Shown one piece after another: positions 1 through 14,613 of a stretch of DNA of 64,000 nt (positions are counted from its first letter, which is position 1; every line of letters begins with the position of its first letter). The position numbers and the translations under genes are program-made. The notes below the pieces were generated by a model that was not told where the DNA came from, did not search any database, and worked only from the letters and a program-made list of their open reading frames with translations. This stretch comes from Paraspadella gotoi (lineage: Eukaryota > Animalia > Chaetognatha). The DNA lies in contig CM119264.1 of NCBI GenBank assembly GCA_051294375.1, positions 7,275,814 to 7,339,813 of the forward strand, in the 5' to 3' direction.

Positions 1-103
1 GAAAAAAAAAATATTCAATAATTGGTCATCGAATTGTGAGAAAATATACTCAAGAGAATTAATATTCAAAACTCTGCTCGTTGAATTTGACGTTTTTCTT
101 TAG

Positions 104-211
<108 letters not shown>

Positions 212-482
212 TGATTCGACTCGAAAGTGCCATGGCTGTGAATGGCATGTCTTCGATCCAAGCATTGGATACAATCGAAGGGGAGCTCCGTCCTCGACTT
301 TCTTCTTCACGAAAGATAGGATGCTTCTATCATTGCCAGCTCCAGCATTAAATTGACAGATGCAACACTCGCTCAAAATGAGCATATTTAATTCAAGCGT
401 AAGGAAATATAACGTAAAGAAAAATATAAAAACACCAAAAAAAAATTTAATAAAAGAAAAAAAATATTTTCAAGTTGAAATA

Positions 483-1924
483 TCAATCCGATTCCTCCTC
501 GTATTCGTAGTAGGCGATGTCGTAGTCTTCGTCGTCGCCGTATTTAGCTGCAATCGGATGAAACACGAAAAGTCGAACACTGCTGATTATGAGCTGAGAT
601 CTGAACTTATCAAAAGTCGAATTTGACAATTTTTTTCATTCCAAATCATGAAATCCTATTTGTTAGATCGCCCCACAACGCTCTAATTCGAGAATAGGAC
701 GCTAAAAGCGGGATTTCCCTAGCAATTTCGGTAAAACGCTACGGCAACTGATTGTCAATGAGGGATCGGCAGAGAGGCGACAATTATTAATAGCGCATTA
801 AGCCATTAACGCTTACGTCGGTAATTGTTGAAGGAGTGAGACCAGGGTTGGTGATGGTTGAAGGAGTGAAGGACGCACAGGACGAAGATGGCGAGAATCG
901 TCCATCGAACGATGCTGCGAATGGCTTGGAAGACGAAGCTTGGTGGCTCGGGTTCAGACTGAGTGAGAGAGAGAGATAGAGAGAGAGAGAGCATTGCGGC
1001 ATTCTAATGCTGCTCCACTCCTCAACCTTATCGAGTTGTTGTTTTTCCTCTTCCTCCCTTTCCTCCCTGAGTTTCTCCTCCAACGAGACTTCCATCCAGG
1101 GACGTAATTCCGTCAGCTTATGACCATCGAATTCTTCGCGCTTCGGTCCTTAGCGTCAACAATAAAAACAAATATAAACAGAGGCGAAGCTACAACAAAA
1201 AAATATAGGAAAAAAAAAAAGCTTTAAATTTGAATAGAATTAAAGTTTAATTTAAACTAGTCATTATCGATTTAATTATAACATTGATACGTGAAAATGT
1301 ACTTATTTAATGAAAGATTAAATGCAGTATAGAGCTTGACAATAATACAATAATGTAATACACGAAGAGTTAAACTCGATCGACTTTTTCTGGTGGATTC
1401 GCTTACGATTTCTCGCTCCTTTTCGCATTTTATCCGATTGGGAATTACTTCTTCGCCACGGAGTTTCTTCTTTCCCGATCGGCTGCGTCTTTTGTCGAAT
1501 GTTTATTTATTCTGTTCGTTAATGTTTTTCTTCGGCGGAAATAATTGACAAAAATTGTTTTCTGTCGTAGAAAATAATGAGGATCCGTAAACGAGGATTT
1601 TAAGATCCGAGTTTTTAAAGAATTTTTTAAATAACGATAGCATGGCGAGAACCTATTATTCAATTGATGACGTTGCTAAGATTTATTACATTTAATATGT
1701 TACAATAGTAAAGACCTCATTGAGAGCCCATCCCATTTAATGAACGATAATTTCATATCGTTTCGCATATATTTCGTTGTTCATAGTAGAAGATAGATTT
1801 TTTGTAATTATTTCGTATTTGTACATCAATCCTTAAAAAAAAAACACGTTTCTTTCTACCCAAATTGTTTCTCCCGTTGACGGACGATCTTTCTCGCCTT
1901 TCGGTTTGTGTTGTAAAGATTCAT
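483..1924 (-). CDS. Orphan multi-exon gene; 3' exons of a protein with one C-terminal transmembrane helix and a short acidic tail (5' end not resolved)
   Basis: Phase-compatible GT-AG exons 1924-1860, 1488-1407, 1148-1027, 958-817 and 547-483 splice to ...TQPIGKEETPWRRSNSQSDKMRKGARNRPKREEFDGHKLTELRPWMEVSLEEKLREEREEEEKQQLDKSEPEPPSFVFQAIRSIVRWTILAIFVLCVLHSFNHHQPWSHSFNNYRPKYGDDEDYDIAYYEYEEESD*. No family recognised. Confidence 0.6.
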
Positions 1925-2621
1925 CTAAATTTTCGATGTTGTCATAAGTTTATTTTATGAAATACAAACGTTTCATCGGGAAAAAAAATTGTTTAATTAT
2001 TTTAAGCCGAACATAGAAGGAAGACAGAAATTAATTTTATAAAAGACTATCTGTACGATAATCTCTCGCGAACTACATTTCGAATGTCTAGAGAAAAAAG
2101 TAAATTTTGTAGCTGCTCCCTTTTCCGTTGATGAGTTTTTGAATCATTGCACTCCCTCAAACAATACGCGAAACTTCCTCTCAAATTCAATTTTGCCATT
2201 AACTTCACTACTACCGAATTAGGATTCGATAATAAATCCGATAATGTTTGTTCAGTTAAAGCACTGACGAAGAACGAAATGCACGTTCGAAACATGTCTG
2301 CTGTTATAAAAAAATAAAATTCGTTGTGAAAAACTAAAAAAAATTGTTATTTCGTCTAATCATTCTACCAACGAAAAGAAAGATTTCCAAACAAATGTTT
2401 GTTCTATGCATCTCAATCATGATCTGGCCTCGAACCTTCTCCTCCGCTCATCGTCTTCATCATCTTCATCGTGAAGTCAACGAAGTCAATCGCTTCGATC
2501 GGAAATCATTTTCATCTCTTCTTCGATCTCTTTGATATCGCCCGCCCTTCGTTTTCAAATATCGTCAATCTTTGACGAAATGTCATCCAAGCCGAGATTG
2601 ACGTCGCTTCCGGAAAGCGAA

Positions 2622-2760
2622 CGCCGAGGTTTCGCCGAGGTTTCGCCCAAGTTTTTGCCTAAATTTTGCCGAGGTGTCGCCGAGATGTCGCCGAGATGTC
2701 GCCGAGGTTTTACCGAGGTTTTGCTCAGATATTGGGGAGGTTTCGCCAAAGTTTCGACAG
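2622..2760. repeat. Degenerate ~11-bp tandem repeat (CGCCGAGGTTT-like)
   Basis: Repeated cgccgaggttt/cgccgagatgt units are directly visible. Confidence 0.7.
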
Positions 2761-3625
2761 AGACCCCCCGGAGGTTTAAACAAGATCTGGCGGTGGTTTC
2801 GTCGGGAACACTTTAGGACTTCACGACTTCAATAAATGATAACGATCGAAAGCCGGGAATACTTCAGCTTCCGGTCAAAATTTCGAACTCTTTCGATCAG
2901 GGAACGACGGCAAAAATCGAAAAAAGCCCTTCTCTCACCTACGACGAGGAGGCGAGGAATGTGAACATTAATCGGCCGCGGTTGTGAAGTGAACGTTCTC
3001 ACTCGCGCGTGAAAGCGTCGATGGTGGGGAAGAGTTGGTGGGAGAGGAAGGACGGTGATCCAAATGCGAGGACCGAAAAGACTTCCGGTCAAAAAAAAAA
3101 AAAGATCCGACGACGATCGATTCGTTGGAGAGGAAATCGATTTTGACGAGAATCGACGTCCGGTTATTACGATCTGAGAGACGAGAGATTCGTAACGAGG
3201 TCAGAAATTACGATCGCGTCGAAGGGACGCCTCGGGGGGTGGGGGGGGGTTGGAAAGGGAGGGGGGTTGAAGGAGGAGAGGGGGAGTTGGGTGGTTTTGA
3301 TTTTGAACTGGTGGTTCGAAGAATATTTTGTATTTAGTTGAGGAGCAGTCGCGTAATTTATGTGGGGGTTTTTGGGGGGTAGGATCATTTGGCGATGATC
3401 GGATTTTTACCGCGTTTTTTGCCCGGTTGCATTTCGTTGTATGCTATTTGCTAACTACGCAATCAAAGTGCCATAACCTTCAGTTTACCTTGGGCAAAAT
3501 TAAAGAAAAAATGAACTGAACAAATTCAGAGTCGCAACTGTAACAAGTAGTTTAAATTCAAAACAAATGTACATTAAATTTTGAACAGAAATTTGTTAGT
3601 TGATCAATGATCTTCATTAACGTCG

Positions 3626-3933
3626 TCATTCCCCAGTTTCTTTCTCCCCCCCCCCTCGCAACCCGCTTAAGCTCGGGCGATCCCCGACCCGCACTCGGGC
3701 CCCTCGGGGTAGAACCACCGACACCCCACCCCCCACTGCTCCTGGCTCCAGAGCGGGTAGTGACCCCTGAGGTAAGTCCACCGCAATCGACACTCGTCCT
3801 CGCGAAAGACGAGACCGGAGCAGAGTGAGGGTTCGGTCCAGGAGTGGAGCGATTGAGGGAAGGCGGAGCGGGAGGAGCTCCTTGGCCCACTTGCAGTAGC
3901 ATCCTAAAAGGGGGAGAGGAGAGAGGGAGAGGA

Positions 3934-3975
<42 letters not shown>

Positions 3976-6900
3976 AGGAGAGAAGAGAGAGAGAGAGAGA
4001 GTAAACAGGAGGCAAAATTAGCATATTCGAGTAACGGAGAAACAAACAAACAACAAACAGACAGAAGGCGAACATCACCAAAGCAATACAAGAAAGAAAG
4101 AAATATTTAAAAAAATACAAATCGGAAAAAATAAATAAAGAAGCCAGAAGGCGAAAAAAAATAATCAGATCCATACTAACTAAAGGCCAACAACACCACG
4201 ACCAACTCAGGCCCGACGATTAACATTATCACGCATTCAAACGTTTCACCACCAACTGTTAACTCTATCGGCGCTTTCTTGACGGTCGATCGGGCGAAGA
4301 AAGAGCTCACGAGCCCAACGAACTCGGCGCGACAAGCGTTCGTCGATTCCGCGTCGTCATCACGTCCAAGTTGCTCGTCGAGGGAGACTGGAGAGGTGGA
4401 GGACCTGTAAGGGGATGGGGGTGTGGGAAGTGGGTGGATGGGTGGAGAGTAGATTTCTAGAAAAGGTTTTTATCGTTATTTATTTTTCGTCGGTCTTTGT
4501 CATTCTCAATCTCTGTCTTTTGTCTCTTTTCTAAGTCGCCCAATTAGCTGTTCCCAAGAATGTTTGTTTCCGTTGGTCGTTGTTATTGGCTTGAAATATC
4601 TTGTCATCCTCGTCGTTGTTGTTGTTGTTTTCGGTTGTCGTCGTCCGATCTCACCATCTCTTCGACCGTCTTCTCTCTATCGAAGATCCAACGGAATCGA
4701 CGATCGCGACCGGAAGTCCCAACTTTTTCCAACCAGCGCCACGCCTTCGCTCTGAAGAAAAAGTAAAAAGATTGAAATTAGCGAAAAAAACAAAACAAAC
4801 AAAAAAAGAAAACCAAAGAACAACAAAAAAACAAATAAAAACAAAACAAAAAAAACAAAAAAATAAACAAAACAAACAAAACAAAAAAACAAACAAAAAA
4901 ACAAAAAAAAAACCCAAAAGAACAAAAAGAAACAAAAGACAAAAGAAAAAAACAAACAAAACAACACAAAACAAACAAACAAACAAACAAAGACAAAAAC
5001 AAAATAAACAAAATAACAAAAATAACAAATAAACAAAAAAAAACAAAAAACAAACTAAAAAAATAAAAAAAAACAACAAAAAAAAAAACAAAACAAACAC
5101 AAACAAATAAAACAACAAAACAAATAAAAAAAAAACAAACAAAACAAAATAAAATAATATTTAAAATTAAAAAAACAGCAAAACAAACCAAAAAAAACAA
5201 CCCAAAAAAGTAAAAAAAACAAACAAAACAAACTAAAAGGAAAGGAAATCATATGTATGCTTTGCCTATAAGTGTCTGCCGTGAGCTGGCTCATTCTCGG
5301 CCGCATCGTCGCCCGCGAGAAAAAGTAGTCCCGACACCCGAATGACTTTCCGTAGGCGATCTGCCAGTAGGTGGTCAGGTCGCCCACGAGCCGTTCCATG
5401 AAGGTCACCCCGTTGTGGAGCTCCTTCGTCCATGTCAGGGCTTTGTCTGATAGGAGTGATGGTGGATTGTTAACAATTTGCGATAATTTAAGAATTTTTT
5501 TTATATCTTTACTATGCAGACTTAATATGTATGGAACGAAATTGATGGGAAAATAATGTCAAATGGGGCTCAAATAGACAATGCCCCCTTAAAAGAACCC
5601 CATGCGTCCTTTTACCAATTTTATCGATGAAACTGGCGACGCATCTTTGATTCTCTTCAGCCTCAGTCGTCATCGTCGTCGTCGTTGTCGTAGCCGTTGT
5701 CGTCGTCATCCCCGTCGGCGCCGTCGTCGTCGTCGTCGCCAACGCGACGCGGATCCCGATGAAGTTGTTGACGATTCTCTGAAAGTCGGCCTGTGGAAGC
5801 CGACGAAGGGATAGAGAAGTAGACGGACAAACAGATAAGAAGTTAATACGTAGTCTGTCAGTCCGTCTGTTTGAGACGCTTACCTTCATTTCCGCGACTC
5901 CCGTTCGACCGAGAAGTTCTCTGAAGACTCTGCCCTCGCACGGTCCGATGGCGGCGTCGCAACGGGATCGAGTGTAGTTTGGACGGAGACGAGCCATTCG
6001 AGCCGGCTGTGGAGGGAGAGGTGAACTATTTGATAATTCATTAATGCGACCATTTTGCGGAGTAGTATTTGCGATTGAATATCGATAAGTAATATTTTTA
6101 TATTTTTCAAACCAAAATTTTTTTTCAGGCTTTTTCTTTATGATGTTTTTTTTTTTTTTTATCTATTATTATTCAATTCGAAATCTGCCCTAAGTCGGTT
6201 TATTTTGGTATGGACGTATGCGTTTCTATCGAAATTTACTATGTTCAAAGAAATGTCTGTAAAGCTCATTTGAGTAATTTAAGTATATAAAATATATTAA
6301 CGAGAAAAGATGGATCGTTTGGCCGAATCCCGTCAATGTCCTCCATCAATTTCCCACGAGGTTCGCGTCAAAAGAGAACTTTTAAATCGCTCTCGATCGC
6401 TCTCGATCGCTCTAAATAACCTAGAAATCCATCGGGATCCTAAATGCCTCTCGATCGCTTTAAATCACCGCAAATCGCCGGAAAATTCATTTATTTCTTT
6501 ACTTAACCGTCGTTTTAGTCAGGTTTTTCGAACGCTAAAAATGTTTTTTTTTTATAACTCCGTGACAAGAATCAGTTTTTCTCTTTTAATCTACGGATCT
6601 TTTTAATCCTTTTTCAATTTCGATTCAGACAGTCATTCGAATCCCATCGGAAGTTGGGGAGAGGGAGTGGAGAAGACGTAGAATAGACGGAAGAGAGAGA
6701 GATGAAGAGAGAGATGACGGCGGAGGAGCAGAGAGAGAGAGAGAGAACTTTTTACGTCGTTAAATTCGGTTAAAGTGCCAAAAATTAATGCTATAGCCGA
6801 TAAGTTATATCCTTAAAAACAACAAAATATTTACATAAATATAAAAAAAACCTTTGCGGGGGAGGAGTCAGAATAAAAAAAAAATTGGTTTCGCTTTATT

Positions 6901-7325
6901 AATTCATCATGACTTAAAAGTCATTTATCATGACTTAAAAGTCAGCTCATGTGTCAGAATTTATGACTAAAATACGACGATTTTCGACGGCTGTTCGATG
7001 TTTTTGCACTTTGAACACGGACACGCCTACTAAGCAAAAAAAAATCACTCATATGTCATTTTCTGACATTATCTGACTTACGATGCATCGTCAGACGCTA
7101 CTGGTTTTTAGCTTTTTTTTTTGGAAAATTGCTTTGTACCTTTGGATGTCTAAAATCAGGATTATTATCGCTTTTTTTTGCGTTTTCGAAATTGAAATTA
7201 TTTACGATTTTTTCGAGACATCAACTTTATTTGTCATTACATCTTCTTTTACTTTTCTATTCAAAAAATATCATAACAATATAAAACAAGTTGCACCCAA
7301 CAACACTTCTCTCCTCTCTCTGTCT

Positions 7326-7415
<90 letters not shown>

Positions 7416-8008
7416 ATCTCTCTCTCACGCGTTCATTTTCTCTATAATCTATTCTTCCCTCTCCCGTTCGGAGTCAACAACGACAACAACGACAACAACG
7501 AGTGAAGCGTGTGATTGGAGCGAAGATTGATGCTGTTGCTCTTCAACCTTCTGTCAGGTTATTGTCCATCAAAGTCCCTTCATTGACAAAGCTTTAATTG
7601 ACGAGATAGAAGACAGAAAAAAAAGTATCGGAGTTCAGAATAAAATTTAAAAGAGAAATAAATAAGGATGTAACGAGAGAAAAAGAAAAAAAAAGAAAAG
7701 AAAGAAAGAATAAAAGAAAGAAAGAAAGAAAGAGAGAAAGAAAGAAAGAAAGAATGAAAAGAGAAAGAGAAAATAATAAAAGAAATAAAGTAAGATCAAG
7801 AATTAAAAGATTAAAAAATTAAAAAATTAAGTAAGAAAAAACAAAAAAATCATTTAATTAATAAATCCAATTTCAAAAGTAGTAATTATATTATTATATT
7901 AGCTAATTGAAAACAATTAAGAAAAAGATTGGCAGAATAAATATGTTTTTGGAATGGTACAAAGGGATGTGGAGTATGAAAGCAAAGGGTAGAACAGGGA
8001 TGTTAGAT

Positions 8009-8045
<37 letters not shown>

Positions 8046-8065
8046 TGAGAGAGGAGAGAGGAGAG

Positions 8066-8106
<41 letters not shown>

Positions 8107-8111
8107 AGAGA

Positions 8112-8149
<38 letters not shown>

Positions 8150-8648
8150 TGTGTTAGAGAGATAAAGAAAGAGAAAAAGAGAGAGAACGATTCTGACGGC
8201 ACGCTGTCTGCCGATCTTAAATCGATTATTCATTCTGTACAAGTATATTTTGTAACACCGTCTTTTTATTGAAATCATTACAAATCTTCTAACTTCTTTT
8301 TCAGCTCATATTGAAAAAGTAGTTTTTGATGCGATAATTAAACGGGCGTTTTTCGCCTCGTGATTTTGTTATAGGAGGTATTGGCTCATGTGGCACTTTT
8401 TCTAATATGCCTCTCTGACTATGTCTCTCCGACTATTTTACTGTATTTAACATTACCAAAAAAACGAGCAATGGTCTTGTTAAATAATTTTTTATATAAA
8501 CATTTTAATCTCTTTCTACCCATATTTTAACAGCAGTTCTTTCGCCGCATCTGTTTGCTAGAAATTCTCACACCCAAAAATTCCTTCTTCCTTCTGCACA
8601 GGGTTTTCCTCCGTTGAAAAACCAGGTGAGAAATGACTCTATCTCTAG

Positions 8649-8727
<79 letters not shown>

Positions 8728-9384
8728 CCCCCCTCTTCCCTCACCTTTTTCCTATCCTCCCCCATCTCTCGACGGCCGGTGATGAGCGGGGGAGGAACCC
8801 AAGTGTTAATACAAAACAAACATAAAAACACAGAAGCGAGAAAATGAGTTCCAGAACGAATTTAAATACTAAAATCATGAGCATGAAATAACAAAAACTT
8901 AAAAAAAACAAAAAAAAAACAACCAAATGTTAAGATTAAAAAGGAATGAATGAAAACAAAAAAATAACAGAAAGACAAAAAAGTAAAGAGGCTCGAATTG
9001 TATTCCTTCCGCGATTCACTCGTAGATCACTCATTGACCTTATTTTTTTATTCACTCAGCGGATCGTCTCAACCCAACTGTATTTGTTGGCCTAAAGTCT
9101 TTCTTCAGTCGAAAAAACGACGTTCTGTTTTAATTTTTAATTCTTTTCTTCACGCCATATCTTTAATAAGTTTTCTTACTCTATTTTCTTTTCTTTTTCC
9201 CACCTTTCTCTACAACTTTCACTCTTTCCCGATTTTCACACCCGTGAGCCTCTCACTCCTCCCCATCGCCCGCCCCCACCCCTTCGCTCCGCCTTCACGC
9301 GCTCCCCGCCGATCGGTGAGGATTCGCTCGCCCTTCTTCACCTCTCCACGGGGGAGAACATTAGAGGCCGGCGGAAGTGGTTAA

Positions 9385-9415
<31 letters not shown>

Positions 9416-11436
9416 TTTAATAAAAGAGGATAAGAAAAAAGAAGTACAAATCTAGGGAAAAGGGAAAGAGAATAAGCGGGAGGGGAAAAGGGGAGAGATT
9501 AAGTGAAGGATTAATTTAGAAGAAAGAGGATTAGATAAAGAAGAAGAAGGATTACATAAAATGTAGTATAAGAATAAGTGGGAAGAAAAAGGAAAAGAAA
9601 GAGCACGAAGTTCAAAATAATGATAAAGAGAGTCAGCTTTGAATAAAGTGCCTCAATAAGGAGTGGGTCTCGGTTCCATATTGGTATGCTTTAAAATTGA
9701 ATTTTTAAAGTCTATTTTGACATGAAAAGTCGTTTTTAGCGTCGGGTATTGCGTTTTAAAAGTTCTCGTCGAAGAGATTTCTCACCACATCATCAATGAT
9801 CTCGTGATGCGATTGGTCGTAGAATGAGTATTTTATTTCAATTTCCCAAATGCTTCAGCGCAGCGGTTTATCGTCAATTAAACAACAATTCACCAACCAC
9901 GAGCTCACCAATTCGTTGCAAGGATTGGGATGCACGGCCGGCGTCCACCAGCCTCTCTTTTCCGGTTCTCGCGGTTCCATCCTTAAAAATCGGCGTCGTT
10001 CCATGGCGGCTTCTCTGTGAGCGGCGCCGTGCCGATGGGCGTGCCGGTGACGAACGCTGCGGCGCCCTCTGTAGTGAATCACAGAAGAAACTTTAACTCG
10101 TGAGACAGAGATGTTGTGGTTAAAACCCTACCATGGACTTTTTGTTTACTTTTACCGATCAATGTATTTTCTTTAGTTTACAGTTAAAGTTAGTTGAAAA
10201 AAAAATATTTAGAAATATTTGATTTATACTCACTGCGATCTTTTCGCGGCTACACTTTCCATAATCAAAGCGCAAAGGTTTTCCTCGTTACTTTTGTTGT
10301 TGTCGTCATCATCGTCTCTCTTCGCCAGAGATTGCGACGCGTTGGACGTTATCGACAAAGAAATAGATTCCCTGAGTTAAATGAACAGTTTAGTTGAAAT
10401 GACCTTCGTATATTTGAAAAATTTTAAAAAAATATAATTTGTATTTCTAAATAGATTGATAGTCTCTCACCCTCTCTGAGTCGATACCGCGTCGGCCATA
10501 TTCGTCGGGTCCAAAGCCGGCGCCGTCTCGGTCGAAGAGACGTTGGCGTGGACTTCCTCCGAGGAGGCCGGGGCATCGTTGACGGCCTCCTCCACCGGCT
10601 TCCGCCCCGCCACCATCGCCGCCACCCCAGCCACCACCCGCTGACCACTCTTCGACCCTTTGGCGAACAAGAATTTCCTTCCTTTGACTTGGGCTTCGTT
10701 GAGGACGGAGTTTTCCTCGGCCGATCGGCCTTTCGATTTGGCCGGGAGTGCCGAGACGGAAGACGGGGTGGGGCCGGAAGTGGGCGAAGAGGCGGACCGG
10801 GCGTTGGAAATGCCGGAGAGCATTCCGGCTGAGGAGGCGGGAATGGCCAAGAGGGCGTGGGTTCCGTTGGTAGTTTTATTTGAGGATCTCGGCGACAAAG
10901 ACGAAGCATTGGAAATAACTGTTGATGAATTTTCCTGAAATGTTAAACGGGATAATTATTTTGGTGAAATTTCCTTTTGCTCATTTTTATGTAATAATGT
11001 TTTAAGTTAACTTGTACGAATGTGCACATTATAAAAAAAAAATGGTAATTTCTTTTTTTTACTCATACTTAGCGATTCCGATTCTAAACACAAGTACGTA
11101 TACATTAATTAAAATGATATGAGAAGTTGAGAACTGATTGACTTTTTTTTTCTAATTCGTCTTCTCTGACCCATTTTTTTCTCGATTCGTCGGGAGTCAT
11201 TAACCCCCATACAAATTTTTTAATGAGTTTTTTTTTTTAAATTCTCGGTTCGACGCTCCCGACTCGAAACTGAAAGGGCGGGGTTACATATTTAAAAAAG
11301 TATTTTCGTGGGAGTTTAAAAAAAAAAAAGATGGTCAAGAGAAGAACAACAATTTTGAGTGGAGGGGACAACCTTTCTCAGAGCTGGGAGGAGGTTTAAT
11401 TGTATCAAGTCTGAGGGAGGTTCCTATTGGATGAGT

Positions 11437-11475
<39 letters not shown>

Positions 11476-11564
11476 GAGAGAGAGAGAGAGAGAGAAGAGA
11501 GGTAAGGTTTTAGAAAATGACTGACTGGAGGACAAAAGAGAGAGAGAGAGAGAGAAGAGAGGAG

Positions 11565-11604
<40 letters not shown>

Positions 11605-13074
11605 AAGGGTAAGTTTTAGTTAAAAATGACTGACGGAGGACAGAAAGATAGAGGTGTGAGAGAGAGAGAGAGAGGGAGAGAGGAGAGAGACGGGGAGAAG
11701 AGAAGAGAGAGAGAGAGAGAGACAGAGTTTCGGATTCATCAATCTCTTTACGGATCCTTGTTTATCTTCCTTCAAAACACGTGTTTGAAGCCTCCCTTCC
11801 CCTTTTCTCGATAAATCATTTTTAATCGCCCTAATTGAAATTTATTTTTAGTACTTTAAACTATTGAGGTGTTGTAACATAATGAAAAGTATGTGACGCG
11901 TTTCCTAATAAATGAGTGTTGGACAAATCGTTGGAGGTGTGCAAAACGATGGATTTTGAATGGCAAAAACTCTCAATTGCCTCTGGCACCAACGAGACGC
12001 GTAATGACAATCCTTGAAAAATAATATCCCGTCTACACCCGACCCTGTCACCCTAAAACACTCCACTCTAACACCCTACGACGCATTAGGTACCATCGGC
12101 ATAATTGCTCGTGATCAGACGTAACTCCGAGTGACAAAACTGAAATCCAGTCTCACCTGAGGAAGGAGTGAAGATCGATTGAGTGTCCCGTCGTTGACGT
12201 CAGGAGAATAATTGAAAACATCATTCGTGACGTCGAGAGGAGAAGAAGACGACGACAATGACCATAAAGACGAGTTCTTGAAAGAAAGACTTGACTGTCG
12301 AGTCCTTGTGGTTGTTGCCATTGAGACGGGAGTCGGTGATGGCGACGAAGCGGAAACCAGCAACAACGACAGAGACAGAGTTAAAGTAAAAATTAACTGA
12401 GGGAGAGGGAGTGGCGCGAAAGGAGCTGGCGACGTTTTTGGACAATATTGGCCGAACGTCCACTGTTTTTGAACTCGAATTCGGTTCGTGTGAAAGCATT
12501 GCTTGTCACGATGATTTCTGTGATTGGATTTCACGAGAAAAAAATTACTTTGTTGAGGCCATTCTCGGAAATCGTACTTAGATTGGGTCAAATTCGATTG
12601 TATCAGATTGTTTTTTTGTGATTGGTTAAGTGACTGTTTGTCTCGTTGGGACATAACTTCACAAAAACATTGACTCTGAGCTTCGTGATCGCAACCGGAA
12701 ACACAGCGAAATTCTCTCGCGAGTGAACGCAAACATTTGTTATTTCTACAACTACGATCATTTCGTGAAGATTGTGGTTGACGAAGTAGACATCCACCTT
12801 TTGAAGCTGGACTCCAACCAAATTGGCTTTCCGTTGGATATTGGATCCCTTCCTCGAAAGGCCAACAAGTTTGACGGTCGCATTCTCTTCGGACGTTCAT
12901 CTCGACTCGGACTTTGGGACTTTTTTCGGATGAATGGAACGAAATTGCGGAGATGGAGCCGGCGCCGATCCAGATCCGAGTCCGGATAAAAGCGGCGCCG
13001 CGCTTGAGTGAAAGGCGTGCTTGCCCCGAAGTAGTTGGCGGAGTGGGTCGACACGTTGGCGTCGATTGCAACAA
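3626..13074 (-). CDS. Orphan multi-exon gene; Ser/Thr-rich N-terminal part and Cys/Trp-containing C-terminal part, possibly secreted or membrane-anchored
   Basis: Phase-consistent exons: (start uncertain)-12157, 10934-10471, 10068-9909, 6006-5884, 5790-5616, 5446-~5268, then ~4751-4656, ~4406-4250 and ~3903-3626. The splice gives ...LIFTLTLSLSLLLVSASS...ENSSTVISN...KRGWWTPAVHPNPCNEL|PARMARLRPNYTRSRCDAAIGPCEGRVFRELLG...DKALTWTKELHNG... The frame of the last three exons is ambiguous. Confidence 0.5.
4780..5235. repeat. Low-complexity (A/C)-rich tract (intronic)
   Basis: Runs of aaac/aaaac; source of several spurious ORFs. Confidence 0.85.
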
Positions 13075-13511
13075 GAAAATCGAGGGTCATCTTTTCCTCA
13101 TTTTGGATTCGTATCGACGTGAACGTGAACTGTCCAAAGTTTTTTTTTAATATTGCGATGAATTTCACGATTTTCGTTGAAATTCTTCATCCACGAAAAC
13201 AGAAAACTCTTTTTTTTTTCGCGCGATATCCGCTAAATTTTTTTTTTCGGTCGAACGACGAAGAGACTTTGAGACTTCGCGCAAGAAAGGGGGGGGGAGA
13301 TGTGCGACGACGCGAAAGTTAAGCGCGAAAATGAAAATATCAGTTTTTTTGCAAATAAAATGAAATAAAAAAGATAAGAGACTAAAAATGGGGAGGGGGG
13401 AATTACAATTTCCGGATTTCTCATGAAAAAAAATATTGGAGAGAATACGAAAACTCGAAAGAAGGAAAAAGAGTCGGACGACGGGAAAGTTTTATACCCG
13501 CCGAAAAACGA

Positions 13512-13609
<98 letters not shown>

Positions 13610-14613
13610 GAAACGCGCGGGACGGGAGGGGGGAGTGGAGACGGGAATAGGGTGGGAACACCAGAGGGAAAAGGGCGGGAAAAGAGGGAGGTAGGGGAAA
13701 AGAAAAGGGGCGTGGTTTGAGAGAAGTGAGAAATTATACATTGGAAGATCTGGGGTTGTGAGTTTGATTGAGGGGGTCGGGCATAAAAAAAAAAAATGGA
13801 AGAAAATCTAAAAATAATTGAAGATGATGCGACAAATACAAAGACGATGTCACTCTCTCCCACTGTCTCTCACTTTCTCTCTTTCATTCATCTACGATGT
13901 TAATGATAACGTTGTTAATGATAACAATGATAATGATAACGATAATCCAGATCTACATACGGATGATCACCGAATGCGTCCGTATATCACGTTCTCTCCA
14001 CAATAACTTTTGATTTGATTTAATTTGATTAGTGTTTGACTCTTCAATTGTGGTTACGTCTTATAGTAGTTTATTTCATATCAAGAATTTGATACAGTGA
14101 CACTCATCAACACAATTAAATTAAGACTAACCCTTCCCAAACAGAAAAGTAAAACTAAAACAAACGTTACCAGTAATGATACTCTATGAGAGTATTTCAA
14201 AGTTATTATACAAATAAATCAGCACATTATTTTCTTTCTTATGTCTTTATCTCACTGTTATTAAAGAAGAAGGCAATATTTTTTGATTAAGATTGATTTT
14301 ATTGAAAACGTTATCTTGAAATTAGTGAGTGACAAAAGGTTTTGAAAAGAAAATAGAGATAAATTATATTCTCTTGACGGGGAGTGCTTATTTAATTCTA
14401 TCATTTCACTAGAAATATTGCTTAATCTAAATTACAATCTACTAGCGAACTAATAGTTTTAATCTAGGCACGTATATTTTTATTAATAGTTTTCTACAAT
14501 TATAGGCAATTTGATGGCATTAGATTGTGCGACGATCGGTTTAAATTATAAATCTAATACATTCACAAATCTTTTTAATAATTTTATAAAAGGTTGAATA
14601 GGTTCAATTGTTT

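Noticed and set aside
2047-3220. Possible further 5' exons of the first orphan gene
   Set aside because: I could not find a phase-consistent, stop-free splice path.
7083-9384. ORFs rich in LSLS / ERER
   Set aside because: They are translations of (AG)n/(CT)n microsatellites; the same applies at 11.3-11.8, 13.2-13.9, 44.5-45, 47.1, 50.3 and 56.3-56.8 kb.
9909-9960. GWW...PCNEL resembling a Wnt N-terminus
   Set aside because: Downstream exons lack the Wnt cysteine pattern.
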